A DNA stretch of 64,000 bases. Source: Candidatus Desulfobia pelagia. GTDB taxonomy: Bacteria > Desulfobacterota > Desulfobulbia > Desulfobulbales > SURF-16. Under the pieces are notes generated by a model. It was not told the origin of the DNA, did no database searches, and was given only the letters and a program-made list of their open reading frames with translations. Positions 10,494-19,736 of this stretch are shown here, piece by piece. The position numbers and the translations under genes were made by a program. The stretch's first letter is position 1. The number at the start of each line of letters is the position of its first letter. The stretch spans positions 570-64,569 of the forward strand of contig JACNJZ010000093.1 in assembly GCA_014382295.1 (NCBI GenBank), read 5' to 3'.

Positions 10494-11630
10494 ATGGGTC
10501 TGGATACATTGCGAAATGCCACTACCGGTAGAAAAATACTCTTTGCCGGTTTGATTATTATAACGGTTGTTATAGGCGGTCTGCATCATTTTACCCCATG
10601 GGAGTTTGTATTTTTCCATGATACCTATCGCCGGCTGGCTTATTTCCCTATTGTGCTCGGTGCTCTCTTTTTCGGGGTCACCGGTGGCATGGTTATGGCT
10701 TTTCTCTCTTCCGTGGCCTTTATTCCCCATCTTATGATGTTTTCAGGGCATGGTTTTGAGGCATATTTGAGCGAATTCACCGAAATTTTTCTGTATCTCT
10801 CCGCCGGTCTGCTTGTTGGTATAATAACACGCAAGGAGACATTGCTGCGCTTGAAGTATAAGGCGTTATCTGAAAAGTTGGAGAAATCCTATGATCGCCT
10901 TCATAAAGAGACGGAGCAGCTTATTGAAGCAGAAGAGCAGCTGGCTCTTTCTCAGAAGATGTCAGAGCTTGGCCGGCTGTCAGCCTCTCTGGCCCATGAA
11001 ATAAAAAACCCTCTGAGTTCTATCCGGGGTACGGCTGAAATTCTCATGGATGATTTTCCCCCGGATCATCCAAAACATGAGTTTGCGGAAATTCTGTTGA
11101 AAGAGACAACACGGCTTAATGCCACAGTAGAAGATATTCTGAGTTACTCCCGGGAGCAGAAGGGAGCAGTTGAGGCCACGGAGCCCCTTGCCTCGGTAAT
11201 CCGCAGAACGATTACCCTTCTTGACCAGAGACTGCGAGACAAATCAATACAATGTGTCGAGATTGGAACTGACCAGGGAGATAGTTTTATGGTTGCAGGA
11301 AACCGGCTGGGCCAGGTTTTCCTGAATATCCTGTTGAATGCCATGGATGCCATTGATGTCGGTGGTAAAATCGTTGTCAGGGTCGCCAGGGAAAAAGAAG
11401 GATGCCAAATCGCCATTGAAGACAATGGGCCGGGTCTTTCTGACGGTGAGAAAAAAAAGATTTTCGAGCCTTTTTATTCGAATAAAGAGGAGGGAACCGG
11501 GCTGGGCCTTGTGATAAGCCGTAAAATTGTAGGAAGTTATGGGGGAACCATTGAGGTGACAGATGCTCCGGGAGGAGGAGCTGCCTTCACGGTTTTTATT
11601 CCCAACCAGACAGGAAAAACGTATGAGTGA
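10494..11630 (+). CDS. Membrane sensor histidine kinase (HisKA + HATPase_c)
   Basis: ORF 10440..11630. The preferred ATG at 10494 is preceded by GCAGGAGGGG. Four predicted TM helices, H-box SLAHEIKNPLSSI, and N and G boxes (NAMDA, DNGPGL, GTGLGL). Its stop overlaps the start of the next gene. Confidence 0.85.
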   Translation: MGLDTLRNATTGRKILFAGLIIITVVIGGLHHFTPWEFVFFHDTYRRLAYFPIVLGALFFGVTGGMVMAFLSSVAFIPHLMMFSGHGFEAYLSEFTEIFLYLSAGLLVGIITRKETLLRLKYKALSEKLEKSYDRLHKETEQLIEAEEQLALSQKMSELGRLSASLAHEIKNPLSSIRGTAEILMDDFPPDHPKHEFAEILLKETTRLNATVEDILSYSREQKGAVEATEPLASVIRRTITLLDQRLRDKSIQCVEIGTDQGDSFMVAGNRLGQVFLNILLNAMDAIDVGGKIVVRVAREKEGCQIAIEDNGPGLSDGEKKKIFEPFYSNKEEGTGLGLVISRKIVGSYGGTIEVTDAPGGGAAFTVFIPNQTGKTYE

Positions 11631-12969
11631 CACTATTTTATTGATTGATGATGATGAAAGTCTGCTGCGGGTAACCGAGTATAACCTGGCATCTGCCGGA
11701 TTCCGTGTGGTGACTGCCAGTTCCGGACAGCGTGGACTTGAGATGTTCCGGGAGCATTCGCCGGACATTGTTATTTCAGACGTCAAGCTTGGCGATATGA
11801 GCGGCCTTGACCTGCTCGCCGAGGTGAAAAAGGAATCACCGGTGACGCCTGTTATCATTATTACAGCCTTTGGTTCTATTGATATGGCTGTAAAGGCAAT
11901 GAAGAACGGTGCCTTCCATTTTGTCACCAAACCTTTTGATCGAGAGACCCTTCGCCTTTCCTGCAAGAAGGCCCTGGAGTTGAAGGAGCTTCGTGTTCAG
12001 AATGAGCAGTTGGCCCATGAGGTTAATCGTCTCACTGGTACCGAGGGAATGGAAACGGCAAATTCGGCTATGCGGGAGCTGCTGGATACGGCTTTGAGGG
12101 CTGCCGGAAGCGAGGCCACCATTTTGATTGCCGGGGAGTCCGGAACAGGAAAAGAAGTGTTGGCCCGTCTTATTCATCATCACAGCCCCAGGAAAAACGG
12201 GCCGATGGTGGCAGTGAACTGCGCGGCAATCCCTTCCGGGCTCATTGAAAGTGAATTGTTCGGTCATGTCAAAGGGGCTTTTACCGGCGCTATAAAAAAC
12301 AGAAAAGGCCGCTTTCAGGCTGCAGCCAAAGGGACGCTTTTTCTCGATGAGATAGGTGAACTTCAGATCGATCTGCAGGCAAAGCTTTTGCGCGCCATAC
12401 AGGAGAGGGAAGTGGAGGCTGTAGGAAGTCAGCGCCAGGAAAAGGTGGATGTCCGTCTTATTGCCGCCAGCAATAAAGACCTCAAGGAAGCCATAGGCGC
12501 CGGGGAGTTCAGGGAGGATCTCTATTACCGGCTTGGTGTTATCCCTCTTTATCTGCCGCCTTTAAGAGAGCGCACGGAAGATATTCCTGGCCTGGTTCGC
12601 CACTTTCTCAAGAAAATAGGGGCCCCGCCTGAAGTTACATTTTCCGATGACGCTTTGCAGCAGCTTTCTGTCTACCCATGGCCCGGCAATATCCGGGAAT
12701 TGCAGAATATTGTTGAGCGTTCGGTTATTTTAAGAAGTTCTTCTCTTATTGACGTCAAGGATCTGCATTTGGCAGGATCTGCGCCTGTGGCAGGAAGTTT
12801 CCCAAAGATACCGCCTGAAGGGTTATCCCTGGAGGAAGTGGAAAAAGATTTGATTCGGCAGGCATTGGCAATGGCAAACGGTAATCGTTCCGAGGCTGCC
12901 CGGTTACTTCATGTTCCCCGGCATGTCCTGATTTATCGTCTCGAGAAATATAAAGAGGAGCTGAAGTGA
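11623..12969 (+). CDS. Sigma-54-dependent response regulator (NtrC family: REC + AAA+ + Fis HTH)
   Basis: The start MSDTILLIDDDE at 11623 overlaps the kinase stop. Walker A GESGTGKE, GAFTGA loop and C-terminal HTH AARLLHVPRHVLIYRL. Confidence 0.9.
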   Translation: MSDTILLIDDDESLLRVTEYNLASAGFRVVTASSGQRGLEMFREHSPDIVISDVKLGDMSGLDLLAEVKKESPVTPVIIITAFGSIDMAVKAMKNGAFHFVTKPFDRETLRLSCKKALELKELRVQNEQLAHEVNRLTGTEGMETANSAMRELLDTALRAAGSEATILIAGESGTGKEVLARLIHHHSPRKNGPMVAVNCAAIPSGLIESELFGHVKGAFTGAIKNRKGRFQAAAKGTLFLDEIGELQIDLQAKLLRAIQEREVEAVGSQRQEKVDVRLIAASNKDLKEAIGAGEFREDLYYRLGVIPLYLPPLRERTEDIPGLVRHFLKKIGAPPEVTFSDDALQQLSVYPWPGNIRELQNIVERSVILRSSSLIDVKDLHLAGSAPVAGSFPKIPPEGLSLEEVEKDLIRQALAMANGNRSEAARLLHVPRHVLIYRLEKYKEELK

Positions 12970-13110
12970 TTGGCCGATGTGTCCTGCGGATAGTGTTCTG
13001 CGGTTATTCTCAAAGGGTTCATTGAGGATGTAGTGGTAGGGTTACGTTGGCGGAAGAAGGTGTTGTGGTGGTTAGGCGAGCGGTCTTGGTGTCAGTCAAC
13101 GTATGCAATT

Positions 13111-13497
13111 TTACGATAGGGTAGGCATGTGCAGCTGACAGGAGCGAAGCAGTGTATCCTTGATGTTTTGAGGCTCGCAAGGCTTATGCAGGAATTGATG
13201 CACAATCGTTTCTGTGCGCATGATGGCTTCCGCGGCGGCATAGCCGGAGAGGATGATGCGAATTGTATCCGGGTAAAGTCTGCGCACTTCTGTTAGCAGT
13301 TCAGCTCCGTCCATGCCAGGCATTCTCATATCTGACACAACAACATCAAAAGAGGCCTTCGACATGACCTGTAGTGCTTCTTTGCCGCTTTCGGCAAATT
13401 CCATGTCAATTTCTTTACGTAATGAGCGAAGCATCCTGCGCAACCCAACCAAAATGTTGGGTTCATCATCAACAAAGAGAATTCTTTTTTTAGCCAT
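13111..13497 (-). CDS. Single-domain response regulator (CheY-like receiver)
   Basis: 128 aa. MAKKRILFVDDEPNIL..., the phospho-acceptor context VVSDMRMPGMDG, and no output domain. Confidence 0.85.
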   Translation of the reverse strand: MAKKRILFVDDEPNILVGLRRMLRSLRKEIDMEFAESGKEALQVMSKASFDVVVSDMRMPGMDGAELLTEVRRLYPDTIRIILSGYAAAEAIMRTETIVHQFLHKPCEPQNIKDTLLRSCQLHMPTLS

Positions 13498-14036
13498 TTT
13501 TTAACTCCGTCTATTCTTGCACGCAGAAGAACGCAGTGTTGACAGGAAGAGAACAGGTTGCATAATTATTAAGTTTTTCCGTTAATCGCTTATTGTGTCG
13601 GTGAACTCTCCTTTTTATCGGTATTCTTCGAGGGGGAGGACTGTATGGTAGAGATGGATTCAGTATTAACTTTAATGGCTGAAGGGGTGGCAATAAGGAA
13701 GATAAAACAGAAACGACGATAGTCTTTTTCATAATTCGCGCCTCAAGTTAGGTAATTCCACGACCGTATCTTTTCAAGGTACCTTTCAGACTTAGGTTGG
13801 ATATTTGCGCTCCTCCCTTTCGGAAAGGATTGCCCTTTCTATCTTAAATGCTAAATATATTTTATAGCCTAACGTATTTTTCCTAAAAAGTCAATAACTT
13901 TTTTAATTTAAGGCGTTTTCGGCAAGAGAAGTGTTAAAAAGATTTAACTAAAGGGCTGATGTCTGTGTACTTTTTGATATGTTGTTGGATTAAGGTGTTT
14001 GCGTTTCGCCAAACTGAATAACAAATGCATCCATCT

Positions 14037-14798
14037 TCAACTCATAAATGTTTTTTTTGTTAAAAAGAATATTGCGACAACAACCGCAGCGCCCAGGACT
14101 TTTTGCATGGTTTTGGGGGAGTATTGAGTTGACCCCAAAAAAGATCCCAATGCGCCTCCGATCAAAACAGCTATGATGAGCGGAACATAATTACTTAAAT
14201 CAATTGAATTATATTGAAGTCGAGCTATCAATCCAGATAATGAATTGAGCCAAATAAAAATAGCACCACACGCTGCCGCCTCTTTTTCCGTTCCTAATCC
14301 AAGAATTATGATGAGCGGAACAAGGTAAATACCACCACCTATCCCTACTATACCAGCGACGAGGCCAAGGACGGAGCCAGCGATCAGTGAGATGATTATT
14401 TTTCCAGCCTGAGAAATATTGAGTTGAATGGTGGTCTTTTCCCAAACATATATTCGCATGGCTACAAAAATTAACGACACCAAAAGTACCCAGTAAAATA
14501 GTTCCTTTGGGAGCTTAATAGCACCTCCTAAGTATGCCATGGGAATTGATGACAAAAAGAACGGTGCAATCAGGCTCAATTTAGCATGTTTGTTGCGGAT
14601 AAAATTGTAACTACCAATGGATGTAACAAATAAGTTGAGAGTCAGAGAGATCATGGGGATTGCTAAAGTATGAAATCCCAATATCGCCATCAATGCGGTA
14701 TAAGAAGACCCCCCGCCAAGACCAACCGATGAATATGTGAATGCTACGAGAAAAAATAAGGCAGCAATAAAATAGGGGCTCAGCACAGTTTCTATCAA
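14037..14798 (-). CDS. TauE/SafE family sulfite/anion exporter membrane protein
   Basis: 253 aa polytopic membrane protein with duplicated Gly-rich helices (GLGGGSSY, GIGGGIYLVPL) typical of the family. Confidence 0.8.
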   Translation of the reverse strand: MIETVLSPYFIAALFFLVAFTYSSVGLGGGSSYTALMAILGFHTLAIPMISLTLNLFVTSIGSYNFIRNKHAKLSLIAPFFLSSIPMAYLGGAIKLPKELFYWVLLVSLIFVAMRIYVWEKTTIQLNISQAGKIIISLIAGSVLGLVAGIVGIGGGIYLVPLIIILGLGTEKEAAACGAIFIWLNSLSGLIARLQYNSIDLSNYVPLIIAVLIGGALGSFLGSTQYSPKTMQKVLGAAVVVAIFFLTKKTFMS

Positions 14799-14885
14799 GA
14801 CTTTTCTCCTTGCGGGGTGACCTTGCTGTATTGGTAGAGAAAAACTAATTTGAAGAAGTCGATATATTTTGCTATATACAACGGT

Positions 14886-15290
14886 ATGCCAAGAAAAAGC
14901 AAACAGAAAAAGAATAGAATAAATGGGATATCTTCATGTTGGCGTGGTCGTCTATGGTTAGATGGTCCCGAGGGTACATTTCTCGGCTATGGCAGGATTG
15001 TGCTCCTGGAACGAATTGAAGAATTTGGTTCGATAAGCAAAGCCGCACGCTCTATGGAAATGTCCTATAAACATGCGTGGGATTTGCTGGACTCCATGAA
15101 TCGGCAGTCCAGCGATAAGTTAGTTGAAACCTTTCGTGGAGGTAAGGATGGCGGTGGGGCTCGATTGACAGAGGCAGGCAGGCAGGCGGTGAAACTTTTT
15201 TGGAAAGTCCATGCGAAATTTCAGTGTTTTCTTGATCAGGAAACAGCGGAACTCAAGGAAATTCTTGGAGAAAATGGTCCCGACATCTAG
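14886..15290 (+). CDS. Winged-helix regulator resembling the ModE N-terminal (molybdate-responsive) domain
   Basis: ORF 14850..15290, where the track start is a TTG; I prefer the first ATG at 14886. GRIVLLERIEEFGSISKAARSMEMSYKHAWDLLDSMN...GGKDGGGARLTEAG is the ModE-N/LysR-type HTH signature. No Mop domains are present. Confidence 0.65.
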   Translation: MPRKSKQKKNRINGISSCWRGRLWLDGPEGTFLGYGRIVLLERIEEFGSISKAARSMEMSYKHAWDLLDSMNRQSSDKLVETFRGGKDGGGARLTEAGRQAVKLFWKVHAKFQCFLDQETAELKEILGENGPDI

Positions 15291-15323
15291 CTTTGGGGCA
15301 GGTTGTAATTGATCAATTCTTTG

Positions 15324-15881
15324 CTAAAACGGTTTTTGTCCAAGGAAGTTCCCTGGAGGGTCATAGTTGCAGACAATGATAATGTTATTGTTGCATAATG
15401 CTGTGGCGCAACCGATCTGTCGCGTATTCTGCCAAACAATTTGTGTGTAATGTCCTGTTGCGGCATAATTAGCTGCAGTGATGACATCTCCTTGATAGTC
15501 TTTCTTCTCACTTTCCCACGCTGTTACGGCATCTGAAATGCCATAATACCCTGCGGTCCCCATAAATAAATTTTCGCCATACTCCTGCTTCCATTTTCCC
15601 GAGCGTGGACGATGCTCCATGGAGCATTGTGTGGCCGCGAGATTGTCGGCCCATTCCTGAGCATAAAGAGCGATCTTGTCAGACCAGGCTACGGGGCCAA
15701 CGCCTACATCTGCTCGATACTGATTGTGAAGCATAAGCGCCTGTTGTGCCTCATGCTGTTCAAGGCGAGAGCCTGCAGAAAAACTGCTGCTCTGGGCGCT
15801 GTCTTCGGCGATGACATGAATTGGGGAAATCAGGGCCGCTACCAGGGGAAAAAGGATGATTGTTTTATTTCGAGTCTTCAT
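15324..15881 (-). CDS. Secreted CAP/SCP/PR-1-like domain protein
   Basis: 185 aa. Signal peptide MKTRNKTIILFPLVAALISPIHVIA and CAP signatures GHYTQIVWQNTRQIGCA and IIVCNYDPPGN. Confidence 0.8.
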   Translation of the reverse strand: MKTRNKTIILFPLVAALISPIHVIAEDSAQSSSFSAGSRLEQHEAQQALMLHNQYRADVGVGPVAWSDKIALYAQEWADNLAATQCSMEHRPRSGKWKQEYGENLFMGTAGYYGISDAVTAWESEKKDYQGDVITAANYAATGHYTQIVWQNTRQIGCATALCNNNIIIVCNYDPPGNFLGQKPF

Positions 15882-15927
15882 GTCGTTATTTATACGTCAT
15901 TCATCACTGTTTATCTTCCTTTTCCTC

Positions 15928-15967
15928 TGAAGAATATTCTTTACTCATTTGGAGAATATTCTTTACT
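15928..15967. promoter_or_regulatory. Two direct copies of an 18-nt site containing the palindrome AGAATATTCT (candidate enhancer/operator)
   Basis: TGAAGAATATTCTTTACT (15928-15945) and TGGAGAATATTCTTTACT (15950-15967). They differ at 1 position and are spaced 22 nt start to start. They end about 84 nt upstream of the sigma-54 -24 element and begin about 47 nt upstream of the divergent CAP gene start. Confidence 0.4.
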
Positions 15968-16049
15968 TCAAGGCCTCTGTAGCTTTTGTATGGATATTTT
16001 GTTCTTGAAAATATAGTAATTTCAGTCAGTTATCTTTTGTTCTTTCCTG

Positions 16050-16065
16050 TGGCACACCCTTTGCT
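16050..16065 (+). promoter_or_regulatory. Sigma-54 (-24/-12) promoter
   Basis: TGGCACaccctTTGCT matches TGGCAC-N5-TTGCW exactly. It lies about 85 nt upstream of the GTG start at 16150. Confidence 0.6.
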
Positions 16066-16149
16066 CTTTACTTAAGGCAACCTTGGAAAAGAAAATACAT
16101 AAAATGGTCTTTAGGGGCTGGGAAGAGAGATTCAGACAGGAGGTTTATT

Positions 16150-16620
16150 GTGAAAACGCTTTTCATTGGAATAATTTTGGTCGTGCTGTCATTGTTTGCG
16201 GTTCAGGCTCATTCGTTTAGGTTCAATCCGTGGCAGAACAGTGTGAAAGTCCTCTCTCCTGTTAACGGCAGAATTGAAATCCCTCTTTCTGAAATTAATG
16301 ACGGCAAGGCCCATCATTTCAAAGTCAAAGCTGATGATGGAGTCATGGTGACCTTTTTTACCCTGAAGAGCCGGGATGGGGTCATACGGGCAGCTATTGA
16401 TGCCTGTGATGTCTGTTACAAGGCCGGTAAAGGCTATGCCCAGAGCGGAGATTTCATGGTGTGTCTCAATTGCGGCCAGAAATTTGCCTCCAATAAAATC
16501 AACGTTATCAAGGGTGGCTGTAATCCGGCTCCCCTGGACAGAAAAATTGAAGGCGACAATCTGGTAATCAACATCAAGGATATCAATACCAACAGCTGGT
16601 ACTGTAGTTATAAATCATAG
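16150..16620 (+). CDS. DUF2318-like Cys-rich exported/membrane-anchored protein (putative metal-binding)
   Basis: 156 aa. GTG start preceded by CAGGAGG, N-terminal signal/anchor, and a CDVC...CLNC four-Cys pattern (IDACDVCYKAGKGY...FMVCLNCGQKF). I recall this family next to FtsX/ABC or FTR1 genes. Confidence 0.7.
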   Translation: MKTLFIGIILVVLSLFAVQAHSFRFNPWQNSVKVLSPVNGRIEIPLSEINDGKAHHFKVKADDGVMVTFFTLKSRDGVIRAAIDACDVCYKAGKGYAQSGDFMVCLNCGQKFASNKINVIKGGCNPAPLDRKIEGDNLVINIKDINTNSWYCSYKS

Positions 16621-16647
16621 GCAACCTCAAAGTCGTAGTCTTAATGG

Positions 16648-17097
16648 ATGGTGAACAGAATGGCATATGATATTGAAAAATACAGGGATAAGCGAGAGAA
16701 GGTTCTCGGGATGAAAAGGCGGGGAATAGGGTTCGGGACCTTTGCCCTTTTGATTTCTGCCGGAATCCTGGTGGGACTCAGCATGGTCGTGATCCCGAAA
16801 TCCGTTGCCTACCTCCGGGACAGGGGACTTGATGATGCCATATACAGGATCGGGAAAAATCAGAGCTGGCCGCAGCATTCCATCGATCGCCTTCGCGATC
16901 AGCCCGGGGTGGAAATGGTTATGATGGGTAACGACGACAAGCGAATTGTGGTTACTTTTAATCGGACAAAGATAGATACTGACAGATTATCTTCATTTTT
17001 TTACCAGGAAAAACTGCAGACAATCCTTTTGAATCAAGTAAATCACCGGCAGCGTCTTCATTCAATGCATGAGGAGAAACGTTTTGAAGCTCTATAA
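16648..17097 (+). CDS. Hypothetical single-pass membrane protein
   Basis: 149 aa with one TM helix (FGTFALLISAGILVGLSMVVI). I recognise no motif. It is in operon position between the DUF2318 and FtsX genes, and its 3' end overlaps the next ORF. Confidence 0.4.
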   Translation: MVNRMAYDIEKYRDKREKVLGMKRRGIGFGTFALLISAGILVGLSMVVIPKSVAYLRDRGLDDAIYRIGKNQSWPQHSIDRLRDQPGVEMVMMGNDDKRIVVTFNRTKIDTDRLSSFFYQEKLQTILLNQVNHRQRLHSMHEEKRFEAL

Positions 17098-18241
17098 TAT
17101 ATCCATAAACAACCTGAAGCGCCGCAAGGGCAAGATGATTTTTCTGGTTCTTGGTCTGCTGATCGGTATTGCTGTTATCGTTACCATGCTGTCAATAACG
17201 GAAAGCATGACCCTTGATATTGAAGAGCGGCTGGACCGGTTTGGAGCCAATATTGTCATGGTTCCCAAAAGTGAGAACCTTGCCCTTACTTATGGCGGTG
17301 TTAACGTCGGCGGCATCAGTTATGAGGTTAAGGAGTTTGATGAGGCGGATCTTGCCCGTATCAGAGAAATAAAAGATAATAGAAATCTTGGAGCCGTAGC
17401 CCCGAAAATTATGGGTGCGGTTGAGGTGTCTGGGCGAAAGGTCCTCCTCATGGGGGTGGATCTTGAAATGGAACTTCCGTTGAAAACATGGTGGCATCTT
17501 CAGGGCAGGTCTCCTGAAAATGACAGTGAAGTTATTCTCGGTTCTGAGGCTGCCAGGGCACTGGGTCTTGATGTCGGCGACTCTCTTAATATGAATGGCC
17601 GCGATTTTATGGTGAGTGCCCATCTGGAGCCGACAGGTGGTCCGGAGGATAGTATTATCATCGGCGACCTGCATCGCGTTCAGAATATCCTGGGGAAAGA
17701 AGGCCGGATCTCCATGGTTGAGATTGCCGCATTCTGCAGGGATTGCCCTATTGATGAGATGGTATTGCAGATTGCCGGTCAGTTTCCGGATGCCAAGGTG
17801 ACAGCCCTGAAGCAGGCAGTCATGTCGAAAATGCAGTCTATAGAGCTCGTTAAGACCTTCAGTTATGGTATTGCCGCTCTTGTTATTTTTATCGGTTCAC
17901 TTCTGGTTTTTGTGTCGATGATGGGTTCTGTTAATGAAAGAACACGGGAAATAGGGATTTTCAGGGCAATTGGTTTCAGGCGTGGTCATGTCATGCAGAT
18001 AATTCTGCTGGAAGCCATTGTTGTTGGCTTTATCGGCGGCGTGGGCGGATTTGTGTCAGGAACTGGTCTAGCCAGGATTATCCTGCCCCTGGTGATTCCG
18101 GATTCCTCTTCTTCGGGGATTAATATGTCCATGGGGGCTGTCGCCGTTGCTCTTGCAGTGGCTCTCAGTCTTCTCGCCAGCATTTGGCCTGCCCATAAGG
18201 GAAGCAGGCTTGACCCAAGTGAAGCATTACGGGCATTATAG
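17069..18241 (+). CDS. ABC transporter permease, FtsX/MacB-like
   Basis: 390 aa. The N-terminal TM is followed by a large periplasmic domain and a C-terminal FtsX 3-TM bundle (REIGIFRAIGFRRGHV). The start is uncertain by a few codons. Confidence 0.85.
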   Translation: MRRNVLKLYNISINNLKRRKGKMIFLVLGLLIGIAVIVTMLSITESMTLDIEERLDRFGANIVMVPKSENLALTYGGVNVGGISYEVKEFDEADLARIREIKDNRNLGAVAPKIMGAVEVSGRKVLLMGVDLEMELPLKTWWHLQGRSPENDSEVILGSEAARALGLDVGDSLNMNGRDFMVSAHLEPTGGPEDSIIIGDLHRVQNILGKEGRISMVEIAAFCRDCPIDEMVLQIAGQFPDAKVTALKQAVMSKMQSIELVKTFSYGIAALVIFIGSLLVFVSMMGSVNERTREIGIFRAIGFRRGHVMQIILLEAIVVGFIGGVGGFVSGTGLARIILPLVIPDSSSSGINMSMGAVAVALAVALSLLASIWPAHKGSRLDPSEALRAL

Positions 18242-18250
18242 GAGAACGCA

Positions 18251-18949
18251 ATGGCAGCAGTGAATCATGAAGTAGAGCATTTGATTGAGATACGAAATAT
18301 CGGCAAGGATTACCAGAGCGGGGACGAAATGGTTCCGGCTATACGGCAGATGGATTTTGCCATTGATGATGGAGAGTTCGTTACTATTATGGGGCACTCC
18401 GGGTCAGGGAAGAGTACGCTGCTTTCGGTTCTGGGTGGACTGAACCATCCAAGCCGCGGCAAGGTGTTTATCGACAGTCTTGATCTCTATGATTTGAGCA
18501 GTGAGCAGAGGGCGGATTTCCGAAGTGAGTATATAGGTATTATTTTTCAATCCTTTCAGCTTATCACGTATCTTACGGTGTTGGAAAATGTAATCCTGCC
18601 CATGGCTATAACCGGCTTGAAACGAAAGGAAAAAGAGCAGATGGCCATGGATGTGCTCCTCAAGGTCGGTCTTGCCTCTAAAGCGGACAGGTTGCCGGAC
18701 CAGCTCTCTGGCGGTGAACAGGAACGGGTGGCCATTGCCCGGGCTATTGTTAATCAGCCGCCTATTCTTCTGGCAGATGAACCGACAGGGAACCTGGATT
18801 CAGAGACAGCATCTGAAGTCATGGAACTGTTGACTAGACTCAATCGGGAGGAGGGGCTTACCATTATCATGGTCACTCATAATCCTGAGATAAGCGTGTA
18901 CTCCAATCGGACGATTCGTGTTCAGGACGGAACATGTCTGGAGCACTGA
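18251..18949 (+). CDS. ABC transporter ATP-binding protein (MacB/LolD-type)
   Basis: 232 aa. Walker A GHSGSGKST, signature LSGGEQERVAIARA and Walker B ILLADEPT. Confidence 0.9.
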   Translation: MAAVNHEVEHLIEIRNIGKDYQSGDEMVPAIRQMDFAIDDGEFVTIMGHSGSGKSTLLSVLGGLNHPSRGKVFIDSLDLYDLSSEQRADFRSEYIGIIFQSFQLITYLTVLENVILPMAITGLKRKEKEQMAMDVLLKVGLASKADRLPDQLSGGEQERVAIARAIVNQPPILLADEPTGNLDSETASEVMELLTRLNREEGLTIIMVTHNPEISVYSNRTIRVQDGTCLEH

Positions 18950-18967
18950 GAACGGGGAGGGGGAATG

Positions 18968-19002
18968 AAGAAAGACGGGACCTGTTTTGCCCCGTCTTTC
19001 TT
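18968..19002. terminator. Perfect 12-bp hairpin between convergent genes (possible bidirectional terminator)
   Basis: AAGAAAGACGGG (18968-18979) pairs with CCCGTCTTTCTT (18991-19002) around an 11-nt loop. There is no clean U-tract on either side. Confidence 0.5.
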
Positions 19003-19042
19003 AAGGAAACCATGAATTCAGTTGTTTCTGGGGAAGAGAGGA

Positions 19043-19480
19043 TCAACATCCTTCGATAAGTTTTTTGCCGAGGCTTTTTTTCAGGTCCAGGGCTTTGGTT
19101 TCCACTTCCGGCTGGACTGGTGCTGTGCTTGGAGCCGGGGTTGGGCTGATTGTCTGGGTCAGTCCATTTACTTTTTCAGAGGCCTTGTCCATCATTTCGG
19201 CACCTGTCTCTTTCATGGACTCACCGGCCTCTATTGCTGTTTCAACAGCTTCTGCCGTAATTTTCTTTGCCTCTTCAACCACCTGCTCCGTTTTTTCTTT
19301 TACCTCTTCGACAACATGCGCGGTCTGTTCCTTTACTTTTTCAACGACAGCAGGAACCTGCTCTTGCATAGTCTGTTTTGTCGCAGGTGCCGGGGCCTTT
19401 TCTTCAGGTTTGTCACACCCTGCAGACAGCAGTGATAAACTGATAAAGGTCATTGTCATGAGTACGCTGAGTTTTTTCAT
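19043..19480 (-). CDS. Lipoprotein with Glu/Lys-rich helical repeats
   Basis: 145 aa. Lipobox LLSAGC after a signal peptide, AGGAGA RBS, and repeated E-K-V-K-E-Q/T...VVEE motifs. Confidence 0.6.
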   Translation of the reverse strand: MKKLSVLMTMTFISLSLLSAGCDKPEEKAPAPATKQTMQEQVPAVVEKVKEQTAHVVEEVKEKTEQVVEEAKKITAEAVETAIEAGESMKETGAEMMDKASEKVNGLTQTISPTPAPSTAPVQPEVETKALDLKKSLGKKLIEGC

Positions 19481-19507
19481 TATTTTCTCCTAAGATTTAG
19501 ATGGGTT

Positions 19508-19544
19508 GAAAGTTTCAAGTTAGCGGCTGTTACTTATTCATTTT
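19508..19544. repeat. AAGTTTYAAGTT / GCGGMTGTKACTWATTCATTTT family, short copy
   Basis: GAAAGTTTCAAGTTAGCGGCTGTTACTTATTCATTTT aligns with 4895-4954 and 27037-27087. It lies 28 nt upstream of the lipoprotein gene start (- strand). Confidence 0.55.
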
Positions 19545-19736
19545 CACGGTCAGTTAATGTGTTCGGAAATGTGAAACATAGTGTACTTTGAAGTTTTTTC
19601 CTCCAACTATCTTATGGGTCAGGAATTTTCAAGGGAATAGGGTAATATGTTTTAGTCAAACAATGTGTTGTCAGCTATACACCATGAGAACGTCGGGAAG
19701 CGTATGCGTATACTTGAAAAAGAGATTAGGCAGTAA

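Noticed and set aside
13511-13732. 73-aa ORF with an N-terminal hydrophobic stretch, 13 nt upstream of the CheY-like gene.
   Set aside because: It has a GAGG about 8 nt upstream of its ATG, but the composition (Pro/Leu/Ser-rich, ending in a basic RRVHRHNKR stretch) and the lack of any recognisable family make it too weak to call as a feature.
13733-13860. Possible riboswitch or structured leader upstream of the small ORF 13511-13732 and the CheY-like gene. It has a hairpin TCCTTTC-CGAAA-GGGAGGA and repeated ACCTAAGT/ACCTAACTT boxes on the - strand.
   Set aside because: I could not match it to any riboswitch consensus I know; I compared c-di-GMP-I and Moco by eye. The small ORF itself (73 aa, Pro/Leu-rich) is unconvincing. 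I left it unannotated, but an Rfam scan would settle it.
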